Shown: positions 1 through 12,179 of the stretch, piece by piece
Numbering within the stretch: the stretch's first letter is position 1
Layout: every line of letters starts with the position of its first letter
NCBI GenBank assembly: GCA_051362555.1
Contig: CM120647.1
Coordinates: 13,988,651 to 14,052,650 of the forward strand
Length of the DNA stretch: 64,000 bases
Direction: 5' to 3'
DNA from: Lingula anatina
Taxonomy: Eukaryota > Animalia > Brachiopoda
Made by a program: the position numbers and the translations under genes
The notes under the pieces: model-generated
Databases searched by the model: none
What the model was told of the DNA's origin: nothing
The model's input: the letters and a program-made list of their open reading frames with translations, nothing else

Positions 1-230
1 TCAATAAATGTTATAAATGTTTCAATAAAAGAAGATAGCGTCCAAGTGAAGAATACAAAAACACAGATAACAAGAATTTCAACATATAGATGGCGCCTAT
101 GCAATGTACCAATTTGAGATTACCCACGCACTAATAAATGGTCGGCCATATCTGTTCCGCATGAGGGTTGAGTTAAGGCGATGACTTCTAGAGACTAAAT
201 TCTAGAGACTAAATACCCAGGCCACAGGTT

Positions 231-260
231 CTTATAAGAGCGACAGGGCCTTGTCAGTTA
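231..260 (+). promoter_or_regulatory. Possible TATA box plus initiator upstream of the first GIMAP gene
   Basis: TATAAGAG at 233 followed by TCAGTT (TCAKTY Inr-like) at 255. Spacing is a few bases shorter than canonical and there is no transcript evidence. Confidence 0.22.
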
Positions 261-466
261 TTGCTGCGGTCAAGAAGCTGGTCAAGAAGATTTGTCCAGT
301 AGTTGACTGTTAGAGACACACACGCTGAACCCTTGGACCCTCTCCCTCGAAACCAGCTGTCACCCTGATAGAGGTCATCCAGACAGGTCTCTGGTTCTGT
401 AAAGGTTACAAGTCTTCATAACTATTAAGCAACTGTGAGTAGTTAATTAAAGCCCAAGTAGCCGTA

Positions 467-1096
467 ATGAGCAGGAGAATGGCTTATCAAAAACTGGAAA
501 AAAACAGCATTGTACGCCACAGCCTGCAAGACTATAACGTGTTCATAGTGGGGTACAAGGGACACGGCAAGTCAGCCGCTATGATGAACATTATACGGGA
601 CAAAAATTATAAGGGAGCCGCGGGCTACAAAATAGAGGAGAGAACGCACGAGAACTGTACATTCTATGATACGCCAGGTTTCGGCTCACTGGACACAACG
701 GACTCGCACGTGCTGCGCGTGATAAACGCAAAAGCCCACGCGGTCGGTGAAGTACACGCTTTGTTATTCGTGCTGCGTTATTGGCGCATCACAAGCTCCG
801 TGATTACTTTAATACAACAACTTAAGGACGCATTCGGGTCAGACTACCACACGCGCACCATCATAGTCTTCACCTTTTCTAACCATGAAGCCGACCTGAA
901 GTTAGACGAATATTTGGAGGAAAGTCCAAGGGATTTCCAGCATTTAGTCCGGCTGTGTGAGCACAGAGTGATCATGTTGGAAAATTCTGACTACCAGACT
1001 GGGGAAACTGCTGCCTCACAAATTGAGGACATGATAACAAACAGGATGCATTCAGAGCCGTTGGTAGTTCCATGGTCCAGAGTAAGTGGTTTTTGA
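467..1096 (+). CDS. AIG1/GIMAP-family (TRAFAC class) GTPase, 209 aa, no obvious C-terminal membrane anchor
   Basis: Open ORF with ordered AIG1 motifs: P-loop VFIVGYKGHGKSA, G3 FYDTPGFG, VHALLFVLRYWRIT (conserved-box Arg), IIVFTFSN (G4 position), LVRLCEHRVIMLEN. Clearly more GC-rich than its flanks. Start may differ if 435-522 is an intron. Confidence 0.87.
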   Translation: MSRRMAYQKLEKNSIVRHSLQDYNVFIVGYKGHGKSAAMMNIIRDKNYKGAAGYKIEERTHENCTFYDTPGFGSLDTTDSHVLRVINAKAHAVGEVHALLFVLRYWRITSSVITLIQQLKDAFGSDYHTRTIIVFTFSNHEADLKLDEYLEESPRDFQHLVRLCEHRVIMLENSDYQTGETAASQIEDMITNRMHSEPLVVPWSRVSGF

Positions 1097-1396
1097 AAAA
1101 ATAGCGAGGTCAATATGTAGAAAACAGATAGAGTAATGAATAAGCTCAAAAATATGCGAATGTATGAATGGGTGTGGGTGTGTTTTTGCGTGTATGGAAG
1201 AGAAAGAGAGGGAGACGATGAATGAAGTAGAAACGTCCCGTTTGAACTATTTTTATGATAAGGAAACTTTTCTGGGTGAGACAACGTATGAACCGACGAG
1301 TGAATGAATGAATAAAAGCACAAATAATTACTCATTTTTATTTGCCTATGAAAAATTATAATCAACAGTAACAGGACCAACGCTTGTGCAATTCAA

Positions 1397-1438
<42 letters not shown>

Positions 1439-1817
1439 TATCTCGTTCCAGTGTTACACGTGTCTGTGGGCGTGTCTGGACCTCGTGGTGTTCGTGATTT
1501 CCAGTGTATGGCAGGGCCTCTCGCACGAAAACGCAGTAGATACTCCAGCGCAGTAGACTACTGCAATCATACTGCAAACATGCTTCAAATCTGCTTCGAT
1601 TTGGGAGCTAATTAGCATATTTGAAACATGCTTCTATCATGCAGCTAATCTACTGCATTAATGCTCCTCCCTGTACAAACCTATGTACTTTTGGAGTAGA
1701 ATTGCAGTAGGCTATATTGCATTTCTACTGCAAATATGCTCCTCACCACTACTGCGTTAATGCTTCTTTGCTACTTCGATACTACTGCATTTTGTTATAT
1801 TTTCTATTCCAAGTCTT

Positions 1818-2220
1818 GTGCCAGGCTTTTTTTTTTATCCCAGGCAGTCGAAAAGGGCAAATCTGGCCACTGAGGATCTAATAGTTATATATCAATCAAT
1901 AATTAGATCAGTCCTAGAATATGCATGTCCTGTGTGGGAGCCTGGTCTTACAGCCGAACAATGCGAATGCTTAGAATCTGTTCAAAGGAGAGCTTTTAGA
2001 ATTATTTACCCATTTTATACTAACAAGGATGCCCTACAGGCTAGTAATCTCACCTCTCTGAGAGAGACGTTTTATTTAAGAACAATTTTACAAAAATCAA
2101 GAATTTTAATAAGTTCCACCATCTGTTTAAAGAAAAGAATCCAAGAAATTTCAGGGTTAGCAACAAATTTTTAATACCAAGAGTGAAAACGGAGCGTTTT
2201 AAATCATCCTTTATAATGTA
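1818..2220 (+). pseudogene. 3' fragment of a non-LTR retrotransposon ORF2 (CR1/L2-like, C-terminal to the RT core)
   Basis: IYQSIIRSVLEYACPVW-PGLT...LESVQRRAFRII...NLTSLRE is the typical CR1/L2-clade post-RT motif. Frameshifted, followed by 3'UTR-like repeats and (TTA)n. Confidence 0.85.
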
Positions 2221-2406
2221 AAATACTGCTCCAAATTGTCTTATAAGTCTTGTTTTAAAGCTTTGGTATTTTAGTTCACAATTTTTAGTAACTTTTAGAT
2301 ACCCGTATGATTTTTTAATTGATAAATTGTAAAACTTCAACCTTTGGGTTGTTATTCTAGCAAATGGAATTTTTATTATTATTATCATTATTATTATTAT
2401 TATTAT

Positions 2407-3916
2407 TAGGATTCCCCATAGGGGAATACTATTGTTTTAGCTGTTCTTCTTCTTCTTCTTCTTCTTATTTTTCGTCAAAAAATTTCTTTCTAAAATTCTG
2501 AAAAAATTCATACTGATAGCCTATGAAAAGTTATTCCGGTCTACCCATTTTTTTTTACCTTGACCTAATTTTCAAGGTCACAGAGCCTTTTTAAAAATGA
2601 AATTTTTGCAAATTTCAAATTGCAATATCTCCTAGAATTTTCAACATTTTGAGAAATCCTTTCATAGGTGAGGTCACACAATGATTCTGTGTCCAGCAAC
2701 CTAATTTTATGAAAGTAGGTCAGGTCAAGATCAACCTATTGCAAAATATGCTCCAGAAGGTTGACACTCGGCAGGGGGTAAACCAGATGTCACAGAGCCA
2801 CAAGGATGATGTAAAAACTTGTCCTATATATATATCCAGTGCAGTATTTAATAATATTGACAATTGACTGATTAGTTTTTTTAATATAGATTTTTAAATA
2901 TTAATAATTTCACAGAAATAGTGACTTTGTCAATTTCTCCATGAAATCCTGATTTTTTGTGATAACATGCTATAGTAAACTACCCCAAACATATACCCAA
3001 CACCCCCAAATCAAATGTCAAATTTGACCTTGGCCCTCATTTTCAAGGTCATTCGGCTATTTCATGGAGAAATATTGAAGTGGGCTAAAAGTGATGTTTT
3101 GTTGACCCCCCCCCCCCAATTCGCACATGCTCTTTCAGAATATGAGGTCAAATTTAACCCATGACCTTCACATGACCTTGTAAGAGCATTTCCACACCTA
3201 TTTGCAGGGGAATTCTCCGCCACTGGCTTCAGCCAGTTGCAGTCTAGTTAGGATTCTCCATAGGGGAATACTATTGTTTTTGGTATTCTTATTCTTCTTC
3301 TTCTTATTATTATTTTTCGTCAAAAAATTTCTTTCTAAAATTCTGAAAAAATTCATACTAATAGCCTTTGAAAAGTTATTCCGGTCCACCCATTTTTTTT
3401 TTACCTTGACCTAATTTTCAAGGTCACAGAGCCTTTTAAATTGAAATTTTTGCAAATTTCAAAATGCAATATCTCCTAGAATTTTCAACATTTTGACAAA
3501 TCCTTGACACTCGGTAGGGGGTAAACCAGATATCACAGAGCCACAAGGATGATGTACAAAGTTGCCCTAGATATCTATCCAGTTCCGTATCTAATAATAT
3601 TGACATTTGACTGATTAGTTTTTTTAATATAGATTTTTAAATATAGTAAACTACCCCAAACATATACCAACACCCCCAAATTAAATGTCAAATTTGACCT
3701 TGACCCTCGTTTTCAAGGTCATTCGGCTATTTCATGGAGAAATATTGAAGTGGCCTAAAAGTGATGTTTAGTTGCCCCCCCCCCCCAATTCGCACATGCT
3801 CTTTCAGAATATGGGGTCAAATTTAACCCATGACCTTCACATGACCTTGTAAGAGCCTTTCCACACCTATTTTGCAGGGGAATCCTCCGCCACTGGCTTA
3901 AGCCAGTTGCAGTCTA

Positions 3917-3918
<2 letters not shown>
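2407..3918 (+). mobile_element. Head-to-tail dimer of a non-autonomous Helentron-associated element (HINE/DINE-1-like)
   Basis: Two copies (~2407-3248 and ~3249-3918). Each has a 5' stem-loop ATTCCCCATAGGGGAAT, a (CTT)n microsatellite, a 3' subterminal inverted repeat GGGGAAT(T/C)CT, a terminal hairpin ACTGGCT(TC/TA)AGCCAGT and a CTAG-TT end. Inserted in a TTA run without a TSD; absent from copy B. Confidence 0.8.
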
Positions 3919-3963
<45 letters not shown>

Positions 3964-5928
3964 GTCGAATGTAAGTATGGTATTGAAAGATAAAGAGTTT
4001 TGGTCTTTTAGTGTATAATTTTAGTTACTTCAAGATACCCGTGTGATTTTATTTATGATAAATTGTAAAACTTCAACCTTTGGGTCGCTATTTTTGCAAA
4101 TAAATTATTATTATTATTATGTCGAATGTAAGTATGGTATTGAAAGATATATTTGAGACCTTATTAGTTTTTAAAAATGTATCCTAATGAATCGACTTTA
4201 TCAGGAAACAATTATTTATCCAAGCTGGTATTCTCGCTAAGTACTTTAAGTCCCTTTATTTCCAACTAAAAGTTCACGCATTCCACATTAATAGGCATGA
4301 GATCGTAATGCAGTTAACCACCTTTTTAATCTCATATGTACAAAGTTAGACTCCAAAAGCAGGATAATTGTGACATTCATATAACATTCACATTACATTG
4401 TAGCATAATCTTACAGGAGATTAATTGGTGCATGTGGTGAAATATAAATAAATTATTAAATGTAAAATGCCCAATATATTTTTGGTTAATGAAGCAATTT
4501 TGTTTATAGATGCCTATCTTCTTTATACCTTTTTAATAACTCCTGTGACTTATTACAATTCCTTATTCGTGTTTGTTATTAATTACTTTGTGTCAGTGTT
4601 TGTCGCGTTACTCCTCTTTGCGTACACATCCTGTTTTGAACATTTTTCACATCAGACTAGAATAAGAAATTCAAAACAAATAGCATCCGTCATTTGCATA
4701 TTCCTAGATGCGAAATTGCCGTCGATCTGTAGCTACAAATAAAGCACACCCCTCTCCACCCGCTACTTTCATGCAGAAAAAAAAATCCCCTTACTACTGA
4801 TTAGATAGAAAATGTATATTTTTGCCTTAACTTTCTTGTTGTGATTTCTAAACTTCTTTGTGCTGAAAGTTCAAACTTGGTTGTTTCGATAAAAAAAAAA
4901 CCGCTCCAAGGTGGGGTTTTCTGTATCAAGTATTAGTTTCTATCCTTTTTCCTGGGAAACCTGCGTTCCACGTAAAGAGTCAGAATGAAGTCAGAATGCA
5001 GTTTATTCTGAACCTCTTATCAACAGGTTTAGGCTCAGGAGGAAGGGCATTTCATCAACGTTGCATTACTTAGCAGATACAAAGGGTGTGTTCCCATAAA
5101 CTAGCTTCAACTGAAATTTCAATACTACAGAGGAAAGGTGACGTTAATATCTTCGTGAAAAATTGGAATAAGGTCATCATCTGGTGCCCTGAGAAAGGTA
5201 TCTTAATGATAAATGGATCGAAGTGTCTCGCCTCTGGACCGAGGCAGGCACGGCAATAGGATGGGGATAGGGTAAAGTTGAGCTGGTTGCAGGAAGCGCT
5301 TTCCAGCCAACACATAACCTTTGTCGGCTGCAAAACTTGGGCGATTAAAAAAATAAATAAATAAAAACTGTTATCCAACATAGATGTTTTTTTCGTATAC
5401 ATCGTTTACATAAGAATTGGACCGTTTACATTGAGTGTATGCATGGCTTGGGAGTCAGAGGTCGAAAAGTACCTCCATTCATTAAATCATTTAATTTATG
5501 CAAAGTCATACCTACCTCTAACAATAATATTATTTTCAGAATACATCAAAATTAGTCAACAGTCATGACATCTGGGATCATGGCGAATCAAACATTACGT
5601 TTCGTATAATCTTAAATTTTCCATTTAAGGATAATCAAAAGGAAACACAGCATATAATGTATTTTTACTATATTTATGATCATAGTCACTTGAGATTTCT
5701 GTTGTAATGCTGAAATTTCAATCTACATATTCATTTGGTCATATTTTAATCTTGAAATTTGGCCTCTAATTTGACCAGATCCGATGTAAAATCTGGTCGT
5801 ATTTCAATCTCGCTACGACATGTTAATTTGATTTCTGAACCAGACAAGCAAGGCGGCTAGCGTGTGACTTCGCACGTGAAGTGAAATTATTACAGCCGGC
5901 TGGTTGAGAACAGAACGTCAATGTAGAT

Positions 5929-5964
<36 letters not shown>

Positions 5965-6939
5965 TCGATTTCAATTCTGCTGAATAAGTACTGATGTTTT
6001 CCTCTTCGTTTCACATGCTTTTATTGTTAAAAGAACCAGTGTACATTCCATTCCATCTCTTCCAAGAACTGGCGATGTCATTAGTTCTAAATATAACTCT
6101 CTCGCTTGGAGACGAACGCACTTGTGATTTACAGAAAAGGGATATTTAATGTTGTTACAGAGCATTGTTTCACGGTCATACTAAAAAAAATGAATAATGA
6201 ATCATAATTAACAGAAGGAAGTATTTAAAGAAAAACGCACTGTCACGGGAATTTTCTTCTCTGTGTTTCTCTCTCTCTTTCTCTTCGTTTAACAATACCT
6301 ACTTTTACTTTGAATACCTGCATGATGACAATCCAAACATTTTCAACAATATCGAAATATAGAGGTCTCTCTTGTGATCATAAACATGGGATTAATGGGA
6401 ACTCTTTATCAACGACATATCTGTGCATCACTGCATGAAAAATCAGCTTTTATATATCCTGAAAGGCGATCAAAAGGCCTCCTTTTATTCACCTTCTCAC
6501 ACCTTTCCTAGACCTTTCGTTTTTTTAGGAAAGGTGTAAAAGACGATCTTTTAAATGACTTTTGTATAAGTGAAAAGGTATACAAATGGCCCACTTTTCT
6601 TCACCTTTTCTCTACTCAAAAGTTTAACTTTCATAAACCTTTTGCTGCAAAAAGACGATCTTTTGCTTGAAGAAAAGGTATTCTCAAGTTCATCATTCAT
6701 CAACTTTTTGCATGCTAAAAGACATATGAAAGACCCACTTTTCTCTACCTTTTCCTGCTAAAAAGTCCAACTTTCAGATGCCTTTTGTGCAACTTTTCAG
6801 ATACAAAAGATAACCTTTTCAAACCTTTTTATTTAAGAAAAGATTGCTTTTTTCCTTCTTTTGTTACGTATTTTAATGTAATATTTATTGCCGCGATTTA
6901 ATAATATATTGATAAACAGAACAACACATGGTATAAATT

Positions 6940-7757
6940 TTAATAATTTATTCCATTATAACATTTTTGTGCAGGTTGCGCTTGTCTTTTGAAAGTTTTT
7001 TGATAATCCAAGGACATTTGATTTTTTGTTTTGATTATCCAAGAAAGGCCCAGGAAATGTTCTCTAAATGTACTTTCAGCCAGATCCACTAGTCCTACTA
7101 TATATGCATAACTTCCCACTCTCCTGGGAGTAGTTTTCCTGGAATCGTCTGTCAAGAGAACACTTTGCCTGCCCAAATCTTTGTCTTTTGCTTCCTGAAA
7201 AATAGGATGCATGTAATGATAAATGCTGTTTTGGGTAACAGTTCATTTTAATGCTAATCAAATATGATGAAAACAATGGCAACTTTTATGATGTTAGAAG
7301 TTTTTTCAAACTATGGACTTAAAGCCATCAAAAGTCTTAAAAGAGAGATTTTACAAGGTTTAAACATGCTTCTATAATAGTACCTCCTTCCTTTTTTTCC
7401 ATATTTTTTGTTTCAGCTCATCCAGTCCTTTTGCTTGTTTTAGAACATCCTCCTACTTTTCAGAACTGTAGTATCTTTTAATGGCACCTGGTAAATAGAT
7501 AAAAAGAGTGAATTATTTGAGTGTAATATCATGCAAAAAGTTTTCAATTAGGGCAATATGAATAATGAAATAGCTACAAGTAATGATGAAAATATGCATT
7601 CATGATTACTGCTAGGCAACTTGATTGGGCTTTGTACAGAACTTATATAGGCTCCTGTATTACATACCCCATTCTTCTCTTCCAATTTTTTTGCCTTAGT
7701 CCATCCACTTTGCTTGTTTTATATGCTGTTCAGACAGCCTGTCTTTTAATAGCATCT
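6940..7757 (-). pseudogene. Degenerate spliced gene remnants inside the CACTA-like element
   Basis: Minus-strand segments with AG acceptors and, for two of them, GT donors (~7757-7668, ~7487-7385, ~7195-6940). The first two are a ~275-bp exon-plus-intron tandem duplication (AIKRYYSSEK*EDVLKQAKGLDELKQKIWKKRKE) with in-frame stops. Confidence 0.4.
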
Positions 7758-7885
7758 GGAAAAGAAATAGATATTTTAAGATAGTGAATTATTTTAGTGT
7801 AATATCATACAAACAGTTTTCATTAATGAAAATATGAATGCTGAAATAACTACATGCAATGATGAAGATATTCATGATTACTGCT

Positions 7886-8301
7886 TAGGGTTCATACAGC
7901 AACATAAAAGCAAATTGAATGACTTCTGAGGCTCTAAATCAATAACTTTTCAATAACTCAATGCATCTTACTGTCATTTTTAAGTTTGCATACAAAAGAG
8001 GTGCATCATTCACACAAACTTTGTATTTTAATGATAATGAAACATGAGAAAAAAATTGACAGATTAAAAAGGGCATTCCCCCAGCATGTCTACATTCAGG
8101 TTAAAAACAAGGTTTGAAATAATCATTCGACAAATTTCTAACTGATCAAATCCCAGAATTTTTTAGGGAAAATGATAAATACAAGCCCTTTGTAAGGCTA
8201 ATAACAATTTCAAGTACTTTTAATGTCATAAACAGACTGAATACATGTACAAGGGGCAATATATACTAGATTCAAGCACTTAAAGTGCTGTATGAACCCT
8301 G
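7886..8301. mobile_element. ~415-bp MITE nested in the CACTA-like element (hAT-like termini)
   Basis: TIRs AGGGTTCATACAGCA ... TGCTGTATGAACCCT. No TSD recognised. Confidence 0.6.
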
Positions 8302-9317
8302 CGAGTGAACCAGTGCATTGATTATATAACCCTGCCTGGAATTTAGGTCAAGGAATGTAGGTCGACTCTATGGGATTAATACAGGCCAGTTATATACATG
8401 TACAGAATCTTTACTTGTACGCGGGGCCGTACTTTGACGTAAACTTTTTGCAGTGTTCTAATAAATAGGACAGAGTGTTCGATTAACAATTGTTTCACGA
8501 TCGTGATAATCTTTTTTCAGCACGGTCTGTTCTCCGTGCATAAAACCCATCTTGGGCGTCAGTGACACGGTTGTTTGTTCCCTTATTATGAATGATTCAA
8601 ATGTTATATTAGACCTACCTGATGCATTTACTCATTCTCTTCATCCTCATCAGTTAAAATATCGCCGCAACAAATGCCATCTTGCAAAGAAGTCGACCAT
8701 AATCAATACGGTGGCTTGGAAATTATCTTCTGTGACCGGCCTACACAGACTTACAGTCCGCGCATTTTCAACCGCCTGGCCTTGCGCATGCGCAGATAGT
8801 CTGTAATGGGATATCTTTCGCGCCGATTCTCTAGCATTGACCTATAACGCAGTATTAATGGCAGAAAAGCTCGCACGGCAACCTTTAACTTCGTGTTTTA
8901 CTCAAGACTAAAACAGCAAGAGACAATTATATAGATCACTATAGACACGGGGCAGACGGTCATCGTTTTACAAGGTAGGTGATATAGTGATTTCAGTTTT
9001 GTTCGCACAGTGTATGTTAACACAAATTATAGCAAAGCATACTTCTGGGATTAAAGCGGGAATCTTTCTCGACGCACTGCATGTTGCAGGGTAATTTGGC
9101 CGTCTCTCGAGAAAGGATCGAGTTAAACTGAGCTTCATTGGGCTTGGCTTTTGTCTGTTCTAACGTTTGACCTCACTGTGAATTTTGGAAATATATGTGC
9201 ACGTCCACGATACGGGGTAACAACAAGGGGTTGTCATTTTTAAAAGTGTTAGAATATTCCCATGTGTTGGATTACAAGGGGGTGCTTTAATGTGAAAGGG
9301 GATGGATTCGACTTAGA

Positions 9318-9528
9318 CCCCATTTCCAGAGATTAGATCGATCTACTTAAGATCGACCTAACTCCCTGGGGGTTCACGCTAAATAGCTGTCAGCCGAGCG
9401 GACACGAAAGTTAATTACCCCCTTACAGCTTGTAGTAGGCAGGACGGACATTTAAGCCAGATTATCTGACAGTAATCTAGTGAGACTCCCTGCGGGGAGA
9501 GATCGATCTAAAAGCTCTGGGAATACAG
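9318..9528. mobile_element. Small palindromic MITE related to 21061-21303
   Basis: Inverted ends TTCCAGAGATTAGATCGATCT / AGATCGATCTAAAAGCTCTGGGAA. Shares GATCGACCT-ACT-CCTGGGG and TAATTACCCC blocks with 21061-21303. Confidence 0.55.
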
Positions 9529-10169
9529 CCTTATACAACCGAAAATGACACTATTTAAAACAGCTGCACATTATAGAAAAGAATTAAGTTCTCAGAAAAA
9601 TATTGTCATGTGTTTTTGTCATGTCTCTATTATTCACTATGTCTTTTCTTTTATTAAGGAATTGGGCGTCACAAGGATGAAAAAGCAGTGCCTGTCGTCA
9701 CAAGAAAATAGATGAACATCTTAAAGAAGGCAGCATTCCTGTGCTCCTGTTATACATGAATTTCCGGTCTGCAGCTACAATAGAAATTGTTAACCTACGT
9801 GTATAACCTCATTGTGTTTACCTCAGACCCCCTCTCCATCAGATTTATGGAATTAAACATGCTAAAATGGTAAAGGGGAGACTGACTCGCTCTGAGCAAG
9901 AGAATAAGTAAACAGTTATGTATGGTTGATAATTTTCCTCTGATATTAAGATTAACTACAGAAGTGTAAGCAAGATGAATGAAGGATATGCAAACAGTCT
10001 GTCAGTAATATAACCAGTTCCAATACAAACAAATTCCAATTGCATAGCTGATTACTACCTATCCAACTTCGGTTAAATATTTCCATCATGCCCAGGGCCT
10101 TACTATTAGGGATTATGTAAAAGGTAAAACTTGCTCTCTGGAGTCTAAAACACATCATAACAATTTTAG

Positions 10170-11050
10170 AGTGGTTTTATCCTTAGAAACGATCCCCTGG
10201 TCAGGCAAACTATGGAGAGGTGACCTCTGACATTTATTGTAATTATAATTTTTGACTTGATGCAATCAATGCTAATACTGACATAACTGCAAATAACAAA
10301 GTTAGTGATGAGAGATCCTATAACCTTTTTTGTCAAGGAGGGGTGGTTTTCTGTTAAGAGACGAGCCTCTAGCCAGGCAAATTATGGAGAGGTGACCTCA
10401 AACACTTTTCGAACTTGGTGCAATCAATGCTAAAATCCTGACATTACTGAAAATAACAAAGTTAGTGACGAGAGATCCTATTGCCTTTTTTGTCGAGGAG
10501 GGGTGGTTTTCTGTTTAGAGACGAGCCTCTAGCCAGGCAAATTATGGAGAGGTGACCTCAAACACTATTTTGACTTGGTGCAATCAATGCTAAAATCCTG
10601 ACATTACTGAAAATAACAAAGTTAGTGACGAGAGATCCTATTGCCTTTTTTGTCGAGGAGGGGTGGCTTTCTGTTTAGAGACGAGCCTCTAGCCAGGCAA
10701 ATTATGGAGAGGTGACCTCAAACACTATTTTGACTTGGTGTAATCAATGCTAAAATCCTGACATTACTGAAAATAACAAAGTTAGTGACGAGAGATCCTA
10801 TTGCCTTTTTTGTCGAGGAGGGGTGGTTTTCTGTTTAGAGACGAGCCTCTAGCCAGGCAAATTATGGAGAGGTGACCTCAAACACTATTTTGACTTGGTG
10901 CAATCAATGCTATAATCCTGACATAATTAGCTACTGTCCAGAAGCATGGAGATCATTTCCTGTGAAAGTAATTATCTAGGCAAATATGGAGATGTGACCT
11001 CTGACATATAATTTTTTATTTGCTGTATTTAAACCCTGACAATATTGGAA
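10170..11050 (+). repeat. 160-bp tandem repeat (~5.5 copies) inside the CACTA-like element
   Basis: ACAT(T/A)ACTG recurs at 10281, 10441, 10601 and 10761, with a degenerate copy at 10921. Central copies are near-identical and outer copies diverged. Confidence 0.95.
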
Positions 11051-12179
11051 TAAAAATATAGTTACTTTCGATTCTGAAAGTTGTTTGTCGTTTAAAGCGT
11101 CAAAATCATATGTCTACCTCAAGTGAAATTCGGTGAACACTTCTTCTACTGCTCTGAATGCTATATATTTATACATAAACTCCAGCCAATGCAAGATTGC
11201 ATACTTTTTCTCCGAAATGCAAATCACCATATTCAATCTATCAGTTAAATACTTTAATCAAAGTGCGAAACATTTCATCATGCAAACAATTTGCAAAAGT
11301 ATTCGCTTTTTCCATAATGCGCTTAATGTAAGATACGGAATTAAGTCCTGTACATAAAATAAATAGTATACATACAAAAGATCACCACGCATTATTATAA
11401 AATTAGTCTTAAGCTTTCAGAAAATAAAAGTTAACAAAATGAGACCTTTCCAGTTAACAAAAGCTGGAATGTAAGGTGGCTTTTCGCAGTGTAAAAGGTG
11501 ATAGTTGAACTTTTGAAAACTGAAAGTTAATGAAAATGTGAATGACGGTCTTTCCGAGACGTAAAAGTTGATAAAAAGATGACCTTTTACAAATGAAAGG
11601 TGAAAGATGACCTTTTCGTCAGGAAAGGATGATGAAAGATGAGGGATCATCTTTCGATAACATTTTGTAGATGAATGAAAGGCGATAAAAGGTGTTTTTT
11701 CATGCAGTGCATGGGATCGGAATTGTATTCTGATTCACAACTTTATACACCTTGGAAAATATGGGTAAATTTTCAAAAAATAAATAATAACAACTAAATA
11801 AGTGGCTATTCTGAAAGTTTCTTGTCCGGCATTTTCCTTGAATTTCGAATTAACCTTGAAGTAAGAATTAGTTTCCACAGGGAATCTAATGATTATAAGA
11901 GGGGTCATTACTGAAGTTTGGGATTGGCCATGCTTGTACCATGTAACTTTTAGTTAAGCAAAATATATTCTTTTGAAGCCGTTTAATTATTTCCTGGTGT
12001 ACAGGGTTTTAAACATAGAACGTGGGAATCTTTGTAGCAGTATGAGAGATCGCGTTATCTAAATATTTGCTTCCCCCCCCCCCCCGGGATTATATCATAG
12101 GGGGTTATTTCATGTAATTTGGGGTCGGGGTGGTCATAAAAAGGTTCCACACAAGTAACGTGAAGGTCTCTCACACAGT

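Larger units (their letters stand above)
6429..11709. mobile_element. 5.28-kb non-autonomous CACTA/EnSpm-type DNA transposon (CACTG termini, 3-bp TSD)
   Basis: TIRs CACTGCATGAAAAA...TTTTTCATGCAGTG, TSD CAT (6426-6428 and 11710-11712), empty site in copy B, dense short subterminal motifs (CCTTTT/AAAAGG-like) at both ends. No transposase ORF seen. Confidence 0.9.

Noticed and set aside
991-1380. 129-aa antisense ORF overlapping the first GIMAP's 3' end
   Set aside because: Low-complexity translation of (CA)/(CT)-rich 3' flank with no recognisable domain.
10170-11050. Regularly spaced repeats as a possible CRISPR array
   Set aside because: Whole 160-bp units repeat with no unique spacers, there are no cas genes, and the context is eukaryotic.
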